From a virus (taxonomy: Duplodnaviria > Caudoviricetes): a DNA stretch of 41,135 nt. The DNA is taken from IMG/VR virus record IMGVR_UViG_3300015263_000352, positions 1 through 41,135 of that record. The stretch is one strand, 5' to 3'. The notes beneath the pieces were generated by a model. The model saw only the letters and a list, made by a program, of their open reading frames with translations. It was not told where the DNA came from and made no database searches. A program made the translations under genes and the position numbers. Of the stretch, positions 26,098 to 35,500 are shown piece after piece (position 1 is the stretch's first letter; the number at the start of each line of letters is the position of its first letter).

Positions 26098-26202
26098 AAA
26101 TCAATAGTTTAGAACTTCTACCACCCTACTTGCCACGCCTTTGTACTATATACTTAGTGTTAGTTCCGAGCGTATGCGTACTCTACCGCAGTAAAGGACA
26201 AC

Positions 26203-26577
26203 ATGGCAAATAATCTTGGAAATAAAATAAGAACAATATGCCTTGCGCTTTTCGCCAATTACCCGGGCATCGACCAAAAACGCCCGGGCGAAATGCTGGA
26301 CATCTTCAATGAGGAAGTCGGCAAACTTATCGAAAACAACCGCACATTAATGACGCAAGCCGATATCGTGGTGGAGCAAAATAACTTCCTGATGAGTGAG
26401 AACGAAGACCTGTTGCAAATGAATGCCAGCCTGGAATATGAGAATTTTGCACTGAGGAAGAAAGCAAAACAGGCTGTGATTGATAACAATGCCGCGGTGC
26501 ATTCCTACAGGAAATGTAAATCAACTATGGAAGAACTTAAAGCGCAGGTTGAAAGTCTCAAAAATCAAATGCTATAG
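26203..26577 (+). CDS. Coiled-coil protein next to attP
   Basis: AAGGA RBS; heptad pattern ENEDLLQMNASLEYENFALRKK. Confidence 0.7.
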   Translation: MANNLGNKIRTICLALFANYPGIDQKRPGEMLDIFNEEVGKLIENNRTLMTQADIVVEQNNFLMSENEDLLQMNASLEYENFALRKKAKQAVIDNNAAVHSYRKCKSTMEELKAQVESLKNQML

Positions 26578-26742
26578 GTCAAGGTTGATTTTCGGTGTCA
26601 TGTCTTTAATCAACTTCTTAACCTCTGCTACGTTGACCCAGTGATTTTTTACAGCAATAGACACAAAAACTAAAATTGCTATCAATACCAGGAATGACCA
26701 GAATCGGTTTTGTTTCACCAGCTCTGTAAGAAATCCCCACAT
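26572..26742 (-). CDS. 56-aa single-TM protein (last late gene)
   Basis: MWGFLTELVKQNRFWSFLVLIAILVFVSIAVKNH...; TAATG-coupled; shares CTATAG with the convergent stop. Confidence 0.6.
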   Translation of the reverse strand: MWGFLTELVKQNRFWSFLVLIAILVFVSIAVKNHWVNVAEVKKLIKDMTPKINLDL

Positions 26743-27026
26743 TAATTACTGAGACGTACGTCAGCTTGTCCGCTACCCCAATCACCAGAGCCAAAACCAA
26801 TTTTGTATTCGGCGCCACCATCCTCAGATTCTTCACCAGGGAATACACCGTTGCTTGTCCATGTATCAACAGGCTTCCAGCTGGCCTGGTTGTCATACGA
26901 TCGATAGAGCGTAATCGTTCCAGTCCAAGTATTATCAATCTCGATCATAAACTTACCGCCCAATTTTATGGGGTCGGTATAGGTATCGGAGGCTGTTAAC
27001 GACGCTTCGACTTCATTCTTTGCCAT
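26742..27026 (-). CDS. Small beta-sandwich, probably virion-associated protein
   Basis: TWTGTITLYRSYDN..SW.PVDTWT pattern; Gly/Ser/Thr rich. Confidence 0.55.
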   Translation of the reverse strand: MAKNEVEASLTASDTYTDPIKLGGKFMIEIDNTWTGTITLYRSYDNQASWKPVDTWTSNGVFPGEESEDGGAEYKIGFGSGDWGSGQADVRLSN

Positions 27027-27064
27027 AGTTATTCCCCTGTGAAATAAAATATTACAATCAGCGA

Positions 27065-27322
27065 TTATTGCCGATACGGTGCAACTTGCTCAATCAAGTG
27101 TTCAATATACCAATTCTTTAAAGTAATTAATTTAGCAAGTCTTTTTTTGGCATCCGGTTTCATGCACGCATATTCAGTCGATTTTATTTTAGGATACTCA
27201 GGCTGGTCGTTGATCTTGATTTTTGGCGTAATGTATTCTGTTGTAGCACAACTACTCAAGATCAGGAAACTGATTATCGTCAAAATTATCGTCAAGCTCT
27301 TTAAGGCGGGTTTTAAGTTCAT
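27065..27322 (-). CDS. o-spanin (Rz1-like lipoprotein)
   Basis: Lipobox LSSC; overlaps the 3' end of the i-spanin in another frame. Confidence 0.7.
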   Translation of the reverse strand: MNLKPALKSLTIILTIISFLILSSCATTEYITPKIKINDQPEYPKIKSTEYACMKPDAKKRLAKLITLKNWYIEHLIEQVAPYRQ

Positions 27323-27503
27323 CGCGTTTCACCTTTGCTTTTTGTGCAGATTGGTTGCTCAGAGCGTTTACGTGCTCTTGGCGTTTTAATTTCCCTGTTA
27401 CTATCTTCTTTTCCAGGTATTGGGTGCGAGCAAAAAAATAGAATAAGGAAAATAAAACACTAAGAGCGATACCGCCCCAAATTTTTAATTTGAGGCCGAT
27501 CAT
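27252..27503 (-). CDS. i-spanin (Rz-like)
   Basis: N-terminal TM helix plus coiled coil; lysis cassette context. Confidence 0.7.
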   Translation of the reverse strand: MIGLKLKIWGGIALSVLFSLFYFFARTQYLEKKIVTGKLKRQEHVNALSNQSAQKAKVKRDELKTRLKELDDNFDDNQFPDLE

Positions 27504-27700
27504 TATTTTTCGCTCACTGGTTTCGTAGTAATTTCACGTAAGCCAGCCATCACAATACCAAGACCGACAAACACAAACGCATAATATTTGCCGAAGAAAT
27601 CGTGAAACATTTCAATGTTTGCCTGCACTGGCGCCAACAGCATGATCAAAAAAGCAGCTCGGTAAGTGCGAGATTTAAACCGTTGTTTTATTGCATTCAT
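27503..27700 (-). CDS. Holin
   Basis: 65 aa, two hydrophobic segments, KSRTY start, LREITTKPV tail. Confidence 0.65.
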   Translation of the reverse strand: MNAIKQRFKSRTYRAAFLIMLLAPVQANIEMFHDFFGKYYAFVFVGLGIVMAGLREITTKPVSEK

Positions 27701-27709
27701 ATAACCCCC

Positions 27710-28153
27710 TTATGATCTGGTTTCCCAGGTAATAATCAATTGATGTTGCTCCCTGCCAAGTTGGTCAATGATTTCACGCATAGCGTCAGCACTATTGGCA
27801 ACACCCCATTTGCCAGGATGATAGTGCAGTCCTGGTGCCACGCAACCAGCCAACTCACTTGGCCAATTAGCAATATGGATCAGACAAGCATAGCGTAACG
27901 CGTTCGCGTTTTCGTACTGGTAGACGCCATATTCTTCGTTAACCATCGCGTAACAATGTCCACCAAACTGCTTATTTTTGGTTGTGGAGTCGTGCGGAAC
28001 AAGCTGGTAATTACCATTAGGAATGCAAGAGACGAATGGCTTGTTGTTTAAATCTTCCCGCTCTACAGTACGATAAACTTTATCACCAACTTTTAACGTA
28101 CCGAATGTGCCAACACCTGGAATTGAACCGTGACGAGTTAATAATATATCCAT
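27710..28153 (-). CDS. DUF5675-like protein, candidate endolysin
   Basis: TFGTL, TVER, SCIPNGNY, LIHIANWPSELAGCVAPG; occupies the endolysin slot. Confidence 0.7.
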   Translation of the reverse strand: MDILLTRHGSIPGVGTFGTLKVGDKVYRTVEREDLNNKPFVSCIPNGNYQLVPHDSTTKNKQFGGHCYAMVNEEYGVYQYENANALRYACLIHIANWPSELAGCVAPGLHYHPGKWGVANSADAMREIIDQLGREQHQLIITWETRS

Positions 28154-28162
28154 GGTAGCGCC

Positions 28163-28549
28163 TCACTGTTTGCTGTGATACCTGTCAATTTTTGAATCCA
28201 TGCGGTAAAGATTTTTATAGATGTCTGTTTCATTGTTTTTAATTTTTGACTGTTCTTCCCGCATTTCCTCATACCATTTGACATTGGTTAAATCAATCCT
28301 ATCGATTGATTGTTTGATGTCGTCAAATTTCACGTTGTTGGTTTTTTCCAAATGCGTAATATTATTCTCGTTGATTTTGGTCATCATATACGAGACAGCA
28401 ACGGAGGTGCCTATTGCTGTGATTCCTGCAATTATCAACGATTCCAATATCCTGGTAGCTGAAACTTTTGGCGTCATAGTTGTATTACCTATCACAAATG
28501 GAATTACACCACTATCCAACAACTCTTTAATGTACTGTGTGAGCTGCAT
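28163..28549 (-). CDS. Membrane-anchored coiled-coil protein (holin/antiholin-like)
   Basis: TM helix LIIAGITAIGTSVAVSY followed by coiled coil. Confidence 0.5.
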   Translation of the reverse strand: MQLTQYIKELLDSGVIPFVIGNTTMTPKVSATRILESLIIAGITAIGTSVAVSYMMTKINENNITHLEKTNNVKFDDIKQSIDRIDLTNVKWYEEMREEQSKIKNNETDIYKNLYRMDSKIDRYHSKQ

Positions 28550-28562
28550 AACTCCCCCGTTT

Positions 28563-29249
28563 CTAATGGTTTATGCTTTTCAAATATTCATACATTTTCT
28601 GTTGTTCAGAGTCATCGTGAGCAGTATCGAATATTAATGTTCCCTTTACTTGCAAATTGCAGCTACTACCTGCCGCATCGCCACGCGTCCCGAGTGTAAA
28701 GCCACCCATATTCCCAGCACCGGCATTGCCTGCCACTGCCGTATTGTTGTTGACTCGTAGTGATGATGAGGCGCCATTAAATATACAGGTCAATATGGCG
28801 TAGGTGTTTACTGTCCATTCTGTATTGGTAACAGACGAACCAGCCAAAATTCTCACGTTTGGTGAAGGCGTTATTTGTTGAAAGCGCCCTGAATTTAATG
28901 TGTTGCCATCGAATATGGATTCTTGATCTGTCCAAGTAACCTGCCGCGCCAATAGATATATGGTTGTTGGTTGGTTGAGCGTGAATCCTGCCGTTTTCAA
29001 ATACTGTGATATTCCATCAAATAGGATAGAGCCATCGCTTTCTTTTGATGGACGATTGGCGTCGGTGCCTTGTTGCAGATCGTTACCATTACCCGATACG
29101 TCTGCCCAATTCGAAACACCCGACCCAGTGATGGTTATCATTTTTTTATAGCGATACCAGGCTACAAGATCGGATCGACTATGCGGGGTAAATGGAACAA
29201 CCTTGGTTACTACAGTTTTGACTACGGAGGTTACTATATTTTGTTTCAT
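28563..29249 (-). CDS. LamG/concanavalin A-like tail-associated (receptor-binding) protein
   Basis: LVAWY, VSNWADVSGNGNDLQQ.TDANRP, FDGISQYL, terminal YEYL helix. Confidence 0.7.
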   Translation of the reverse strand: MKQNIVTSVVKTVVTKVVPFTPHSRSDLVAWYRYKKMITITGSGVSNWADVSGNGNDLQQGTDANRPSKESDGSILFDGISQYLKTAGFTLNQPTTIYLLARQVTWTDQESIFDGNTLNSGRFQQITPSPNVRILAGSSVTNTEWTVNTYAILTCIFNGASSSLRVNNNTAVAGNAGAGNMGGFTLGTRGDAAGSSCNLQVKGTLIFDTAHDDSEQQKMYEYLKSINH

Positions 29250-29267
29250 AATTATTGCACCTTGAGA

Positions 29268-32200
29268 TTAGTTGCCAAGTCTCAAAACGATGTCGCCGTA
29301 AGCGCTGGTAACGGTAATTGCAATAGTTCCATTGGTTACATAAGAATCGTGCACAGTGACATTCGCACTGCTTTTCACAACTGTTACCGGGAATCCATTG
29401 AATCTTGTTGGAATGGAAACCGATTTATTTGTTAAATTCTGGTGTGCAGTAATGTAGCAGTAATAGCGCCCATTCATCGTTGCAATAACCGCTGGGATTG
29501 TTAACTCTGAATCAGTGGGCAAAAATGGTGCGCGAAACATCGTCACAAAATCATTGTCGCCGGCAACCGCGTCGCCATCCGCCTGATCAATTACAATAGG
29601 GTAATTTTTATTTGCAGCGCTCAAATAGTAAATATTGTTGATATTTGCCGAGCGTGTTGCAGGTACACCGAGATTGTCTTCGCGGCTCATACCAAACACG
29701 TGGCCGGATAGAACAACATCGCTGCTATCCTTCCCTATTAAACAAAAATGTGATGCTGGATTGGCTGAATCATCGCATGAAGATTTCGGCACAACGACTT
29801 GCGCAGCATGGCTTGTGATTTCTGCAATTGCCTCAAAATCTAATCCACTGACGGCCGCAACTTCCGGAATATATATAAAGGCTTTGTCGTGCATGCCCGC
29901 TGGTGTATCGGTCGCCAGTGACACGCGTTGCAATTGAATACCGCCCCAGTAATCAACGTCAAGTGTTCTCGCGTATGCTGCTTTAACGCCATGGCCAGCA
30001 CGAACAGACATTGCGCCCAGGAAGTTCCATTCATATTCGTAATAAAATCTAACCTGTTCTGCGATGGCTGGACTGTCATAGTATGGCTCAGCTTCGCCCG
30101 GTCCAACATCAACCGTTGAGCCTGCGACTGGCGACGAGATCGCAATCGATGTCACTGTGTAAAAATAACCTGTAGTTTCAATTGATGAAGATGCTGCTGG
30201 TCCAGCGAGTGATTCAACTAATGCATCGCCATTAATATCTGTTCCTGTAAAAGTGTATGTTGCTGTTGTTTGGTTATGACCTCCCAAATCAAGTACAGTT
30301 ATTGTATGAGCAAGGCTATCATTGTTTGCACCAGAATAAGTTCCACCTGATGTTAAAACACCATCCATTGTTACTGTAGCGCCTGCGCTTGAATTAGCTG
30401 CTGCAATACCATCAGCATCAACACCACTACCAGCGCTTGCTATTAAAAATGCTTGTTGAGATCCAGCGCCAAGCAATGCGTAAACTTCACTAATAACAAC
30501 TCGACCGCCAATGTAGTCACCATCGGCCGTGATTTCAGTGTCATCAATGCGTAGCTCGCCCAGGTAGTTCCTAACAATTGGAATGACTTGAGCTTGAGCT
30601 GACGCACTAACAGAGATGTTAGCGGTATTGGTAGCACCTGAAACGTGTGTCAGCGTCGAGGATCCAAAGTCACTGGTACCAATCACCCACTTGTCGGTTG
30701 TGCCTGTGTTCAATCTTACCAGGGTAAGGTTGTCAACGTCGTCGATATAGTACAACACCCACGTATCGGTGCCGTCGCTCCATTTTGACCCGACGTCTAT
30801 ATTTTGTTTGCCATGTGCTGTCGCGGTAGCCTTGTAGCCGACAACACCATGATTGCCGCCGAGAAACATCGAATTCAATTTAACCGGGCAGCTTTCGTCA
30901 GTGCCTTGCATGTGAACATCAGACGATAGGTTGAATGCCTCAACCGTATCATCGGCAGAGCTCGCAATAAAATGGATCTCGTAAAAATCGACAACACCTG
31001 TTTTGGTTGTGTTTGCATTTCGATTTAACGCTTGGTTTAACGTTAACCGCCACACAACGTCATAGGTGTCAGATTGCTGAGCCACCGTCCTGATGTAAAT
31101 ATAATTACCCTGTTTAGTGACTTTGATCAATTCGTCAGATACAGAGTCGAACAATGAATTAGTTGGCGCGAAGACTCCATCCGAATAAGGCGAAAAGGAT
31201 GACGAGGAACTACCCGTATTTAACATTATTCTGTTCAAACACAAATCCAGGCTGTCTGCATCCATTGGATTGTCATTCGAGAAATAATCATCGTTACGAA
31301 TATTAAATGCGACCTTTACGCCGGTCGTTGTGGTGAACGTCATTTCACGCTTACTGGAATCAACAGTCGCCGTTATGTTGCCAATAAATTCACCATTGGT
31401 GTCGAACTCTTGGATGTCAAACGCAGTGTCATAAATCTTAAACCCTAAAGGCGCACCATGCATTGACACAGTGTATTCAGTAGCAGCGGCAACGTCGTAT
31501 TTTGGGCTAACCGCGAATGAGCCATAACTGGCAGAATCCTGCGTGTCAGTGGCGCCCGTTCCGCTATTTCTCACACGCCACAACAAATCAGCTGTTGACG
31601 CCAATGGTGTCGGTGATACGTCTGCCGCTTCTGGCTCATCCGTCACGTTAGGATCAGCCAGGTTTGTTGTAATTGGTTCATTGAGAACCGCGTCCCTGTC
31701 GACCAGTGATGCATTAACGTTAGACGCTAAAATGGAAACATCACCCAACGTCGATACTAAATCGCTCGCATCATTCGCTAGATCCTGGACAGTATCGCCA
31801 GACTCCAAAGTAATAAGCGCGCCACCTTTACCAGCAACAGCACTCGCCAGATTTGACAATATTTCGGCTAAAGCGGCCTCAACGTCTGTTGCATCAAAGT
31901 TGCCGGCAGCATCTTCAATACCGACCAGTGAAGCACCAAGGCCGTTACTGTTGTCAGCTAAATCAGTACGCAGACCTGTGTCGGTACCCGATCCATTGCT
32001 GTAGCTGATATTGCCATCCGCATCAAACACAATGAATTTGCTTGCACGAGTCGCGCTGTCTGGCAGCTCAAAATCAAAACTGTCAGGGTCTTCACCATCG
32101 GTGACTTTTATCGAACGCTTAAAACTATCTCGCAATTGCTGAGCGATACGCGTTAATTTGTCGAGCGCAGTTTCCAAGGTATCAGGGAAGTAACCACCTT

Positions 32201-32486
32201 GGTTGCGCAAATCTGTGTCTTGTGTGAAATTAAAATCGGGAGTGATTGCGAGTAAATAACCTGAAGTCAGGTTGCCGGCAGTTAGCGTAATTGATCCACC
32301 ACCGACGTCACCGGTACCACTGACAGTGTAATCAGTGTCGAGGGTTAGAACGGTTTCAACGCTGTCGGTGTCGATCTGTATAACTTTGAGATCAGAATCT
32401 TGATAAATCTGAAAGTTATAATCGTATGTGTCAGTTGTACCATTCCCGACGTAGTCGTCGCGAATACTCTCCGCTGGAACTGTCAT
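29268..32486 (-). CDS. Tail fibre / tailspike
   Basis: T7 gp17-like N-terminal anchor (YVGNGTTDTYDYNF...ETALDKLTRIAQQL), GASLVG neck motifs, beta-rich body. Confidence 0.85.
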   Translation of the reverse strand: MTVPAESIRDDYVGNGTTDTYDYNFQIYQDSDLKVIQIDTDSVETVLTLDTDYTVSGTGDVGGGSITLTAGNLTSGYLLAITPDFNFTQDTDLRNQGGYFPDTLETALDKLTRIAQQLRDSFKRSIKVTDGEDPDSFDFELPDSATRASKFIVFDADGNISYSNGSGTDTGLRTDLADNSNGLGASLVGIEDAAGNFDATDVEAALAEILSNLASAVAGKGGALITLESGDTVQDLANDASDLVSTLGDVSILASNVNASLVDRDAVLNEPITTNLADPNVTDEPEAADVSPTPLASTADLLWRVRNSGTGATDTQDSASYGSFAVSPKYDVAAATEYTVSMHGAPLGFKIYDTAFDIQEFDTNGEFIGNITATVDSSKREMTFTTTTGVKVAFNIRNDDYFSNDNPMDADSLDLCLNRIMLNTGSSSSSFSPYSDGVFAPTNSLFDSVSDELIKVTKQGNYIYIRTVAQQSDTYDVVWRLTLNQALNRNANTTKTGVVDFYEIHFIASSADDTVEAFNLSSDVHMQGTDESCPVKLNSMFLGGNHGVVGYKATATAHGKQNIDVGSKWSDGTDTWVLYYIDDVDNLTLVRLNTGTTDKWVIGTSDFGSSTLTHVSGATNTANISVSASAQAQVIPIVRNYLGELRIDDTEITADGDYIGGRVVISEVYALLGAGSQQAFLIASAGSGVDADGIAAANSSAGATVTMDGVLTSGGTYSGANNDSLAHTITVLDLGGHNQTTATYTFTGTDINGDALVESLAGPAASSSIETTGYFYTVTSIAISSPVAGSTVDVGPGEAEPYYDSPAIAEQVRFYYEYEWNFLGAMSVRAGHGVKAAYARTLDVDYWGGIQLQRVSLATDTPAGMHDKAFIYIPEVAAVSGLDFEAIAEITSHAAQVVVPKSSCDDSANPASHFCLIGKDSSDVVLSGHVFGMSREDNLGVPATRSANINNIYYLSAANKNYPIVIDQADGDAVAGDNDFVTMFRAPFLPTDSELTIPAVIATMNGRYYCYITAHQNLTNKSVSIPTRFNGFPVTVVKSSANVTVHDSYVTNGTIAITVTSAYGDIVLRLGN

Positions 32487-32518
32487 GGCTATTATACCTT
32501 GTTGTTAGTTGGTTACAG

Positions 32519-35500
32519 TTATTCACGTTTCTTACCCGTAACCAGCAAACGCCATGCGGCTTCTGCTGGATTGTTTGGCTGTTCTTCGCCGGTCATCCAG
32601 TCGTAAAAATATTCGCTTGTTAACCATATTTGGCGAGACGGTAGACCGAATGCATATCCGGCTGTCATCGCCAACCCTTTCACGTCAGCTCGAGTGATTT
32701 CGTTCTTGTCACCTGTTAATAGTTTAACACCTAATTGCCCGGTTCGTGACATGGACTCAAAAGCATCAAACGCCGCAGACGGTTGATAGCCGTACTTGTC
32801 CATACCATTCACCACGTCACGCATCAGCACAACGGATTGAAACGGGTACATCAATTCTTTTTTTGCCAGCCATTTTTCCCAGTCTTGTGGATCGTCGCCT
32901 GGATCCGGACTGCGACCCAGCAATAAATCTTCCATAGCCGCTGGGATAAACCACAACAGGAACATGGAACCGATCAGCTTTCCGTAATTTTTATCGATTT
33001 TAAATTGCCAGCCAGATTTCTGGAATTGGTTAAACAATACGGAAAAGTAAGAATAGAACATCGTAAACAGCCTGAAGGTTTCACTACCACGTTGCACCAG
33101 CGCCAGGTCTTTGGCGGATCCACTTCCCTGCGTGATCCTCACTGATTGATCTGCGTAATCGATCGCCGCTTTTTCATCGCCCTTGTCGATATTCTCAACG
33201 GCGCCATCCATCGCTTTGCGGTACGCACCCAACCAGGTCGGGATTGAAACCGCGAGATCCATGTAGCCGATAAAAACAAAGTAAGAATCTTTAAGTTTTG
33301 CGGTGTAGGCATCAGCTAACGACAATAATCCGTGTTTTGTACCAACAACGTTTAATCGTTTTAATGCGTCGCGCACATCACGATCGTAGTTACGTAGCCG
33401 TGTTTTCATTTGATCGCTACGCTCAGTGATGAAGTTCCAGCGATCAGCAAATTTCAAAGGATTGCCATAAGCGTCAGCCAGTCCCTTATAGCCGTATTTG
33501 GTGCCCAGCTCTTTTATAGACACCGTATAGCCCAGGAACTGCACCAGAGAGGTTGTCATCTTCCAGCCCATGTTAACGATCGTGGCGCCCATCCTAGCGC
33601 GTCCCAGGATGCCCTCGAGCGGGTTACTGTACTCTCTGCGATCGCTGGCAATATTGCGTAACCACGGTTGAATTTGCCGATACATTTCACGACCTGCCGC
33701 GGCCTCTATAACCTGACGCACTTCTTTATCGGTAGCCAAACCATTGACATCAATCAATGGCCGGCGAAAAGCCAAATCGTGTACGACGTTATTTAGGTGT
33801 TCAGTCATGCCACTCAGGTCGAGCCTAACCGGTTTGCCGCCAGTGTCGGTGCGTTCCTTGGTATGGCCACGCCTGGTCATCGCTCGCGCCCACTGACCGC
33901 CGAACAATTCCTTGGATGATTGTTTCTCATCGAGTTGCGCCTGACGCCAAGACAATTTGCTATCAAAGACAATCGGATAATACCCGCCACGGAAATTCCC
34001 GTAAGGCGTTTCAACGGTTGTCGCTTCCACTTTTGCCGGCGCCACACCATTGAGTTGCTTTTCCATTGTTTCGATTTGCGGCCAGAACGTGTCGATATAA
34101 TCCCAAATCTTTTGCACTGTCGCCCAGTCGCGTTTGTCCAGGTGTTTCAGAACCGCTTGCACCTGTTCTTGTGACCAGTTGTAGCCGCGCATTAACGCAT
34201 CACGATTGTAGGAATTACCCCAGTTCAACGCCACGGCCAGCATATTGGCTTTGGTCATGGATGAATTGATTTCGGGGATATGGGTTTTTTTGAAAAACCA
34301 CTGAGCGCGCTCTTTGCGAGAATAATCGCTAAATACCCGATTCAAGCTTTGTACTACACCTTGCATCATTTTGTTTTCGTTATTCTCAGCATCAACAAAC
34401 GGTTGAAACAAATGTTGCCACACCACTCCGAAAGACTTCTCACCGTCCAGGTGTTCGAATAAAAATTCCATTTTGGTGTGAGCAGCCAATAGGGATTTGG
34501 CTTTTTCAACAATGCGCTTTTTCAAGCCAGGTGCAAAATCTGGCGGATCCGGAACAATACGATGATTGGCGGCAATTGCCGTGATGATTTCATCACGTGC
34601 CTGCAGTCGATCTGCGGTGCGCTTATTGGCAAGCAGTTTGTTTTTGATCCGCGCCAAATGTTCAATTTGACGCACGCTATCGAATACACCGGACAGTTCC
34701 TCAAAGCTTGTGTCCTTAAAGTGCATGCGATGCGCTTCATTCAGCACCTGTTCATTGATATCGACCGAATACCCTTTGTCTTCCTGTTCCTGGACCCAAG
34801 CAAGTAATGACTTTCGTCGATCCAACGCCACATTCGAAATGCCTTTGCGGAAATCGTAACGTTCCAGGATCATGTCGATCTGGTCCAGGTAATCATGGCC
34901 GGCTTTGCCAATGCGCTCACGCGTTGATTTCTTATCGAACTTTTGCATGTAGTTGGTTATTTTGGTAACCAGTTCGCGAGCTTTAGACGCCTTCCGGTAG
35001 AGCTCGTGATTCAGTAATTCGATTTGTTTGTACAGTATCGCGCCGTGTGTATCATTCTTAGCTAATGCTTCGAAGGCCTGCCGCGCTGCTTTGGCTTCCG
35101 CGCGTTGGTATAGGTATGGATTGATATCACGGATGCGTTGCTCGCGGATCGTGCGGTCCGCCAGTTCGCGAATGATGGTCAACGGCGTAATGCGTCGTTT
35201 TGTTTTGTTGCCCAGCGCCTTCAATTCACGCATCAGTATTTCGCTGCGCTGGGTATTATGTACAACCTTCATGGCCTCAACTGGCATTCTGCCGTCAAGT
35301 AATACGTCGCCATACTGTTCGCGCATTCTTTGCGTGGTTTCAGCTGCAATCAACTGTTTACGATTTCGGGCATTGATTAGATCGTAGACCAGTTCTTCGC
35401 CGGAATTGTAACCCAGGATCTCAGCGGCCTGGTCCTGGTGGATACCACCTTCAACAGCATACACATAGGGTTTTGGTAATCGCTTGAGAAAGGCCTTACC

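Larger units (their letters stand above)
25930..26140. mobile_element. attP; core is the 3' half of tRNA-Cys(GCA) on the minus strand (26036-26081)
   Basis: Minus strand GCCTGCAAAGCCGTGGACGCCGGTTCGATTCCGACCTCAGCCTCCA with no 5' half; IHF consensus AATCAATAGTTTA (26099-111); GTGG-containing arm-like repeats on both sides; adjacent to int. Confidence 0.88.

Noticed and set aside
28563-32486. Diversity-generating retroelement, expected from the BPP-1-like virion genes
   Set aside because: No reverse transcriptase ORF, and no TR/VR repeat pair was seen near the tail genes.
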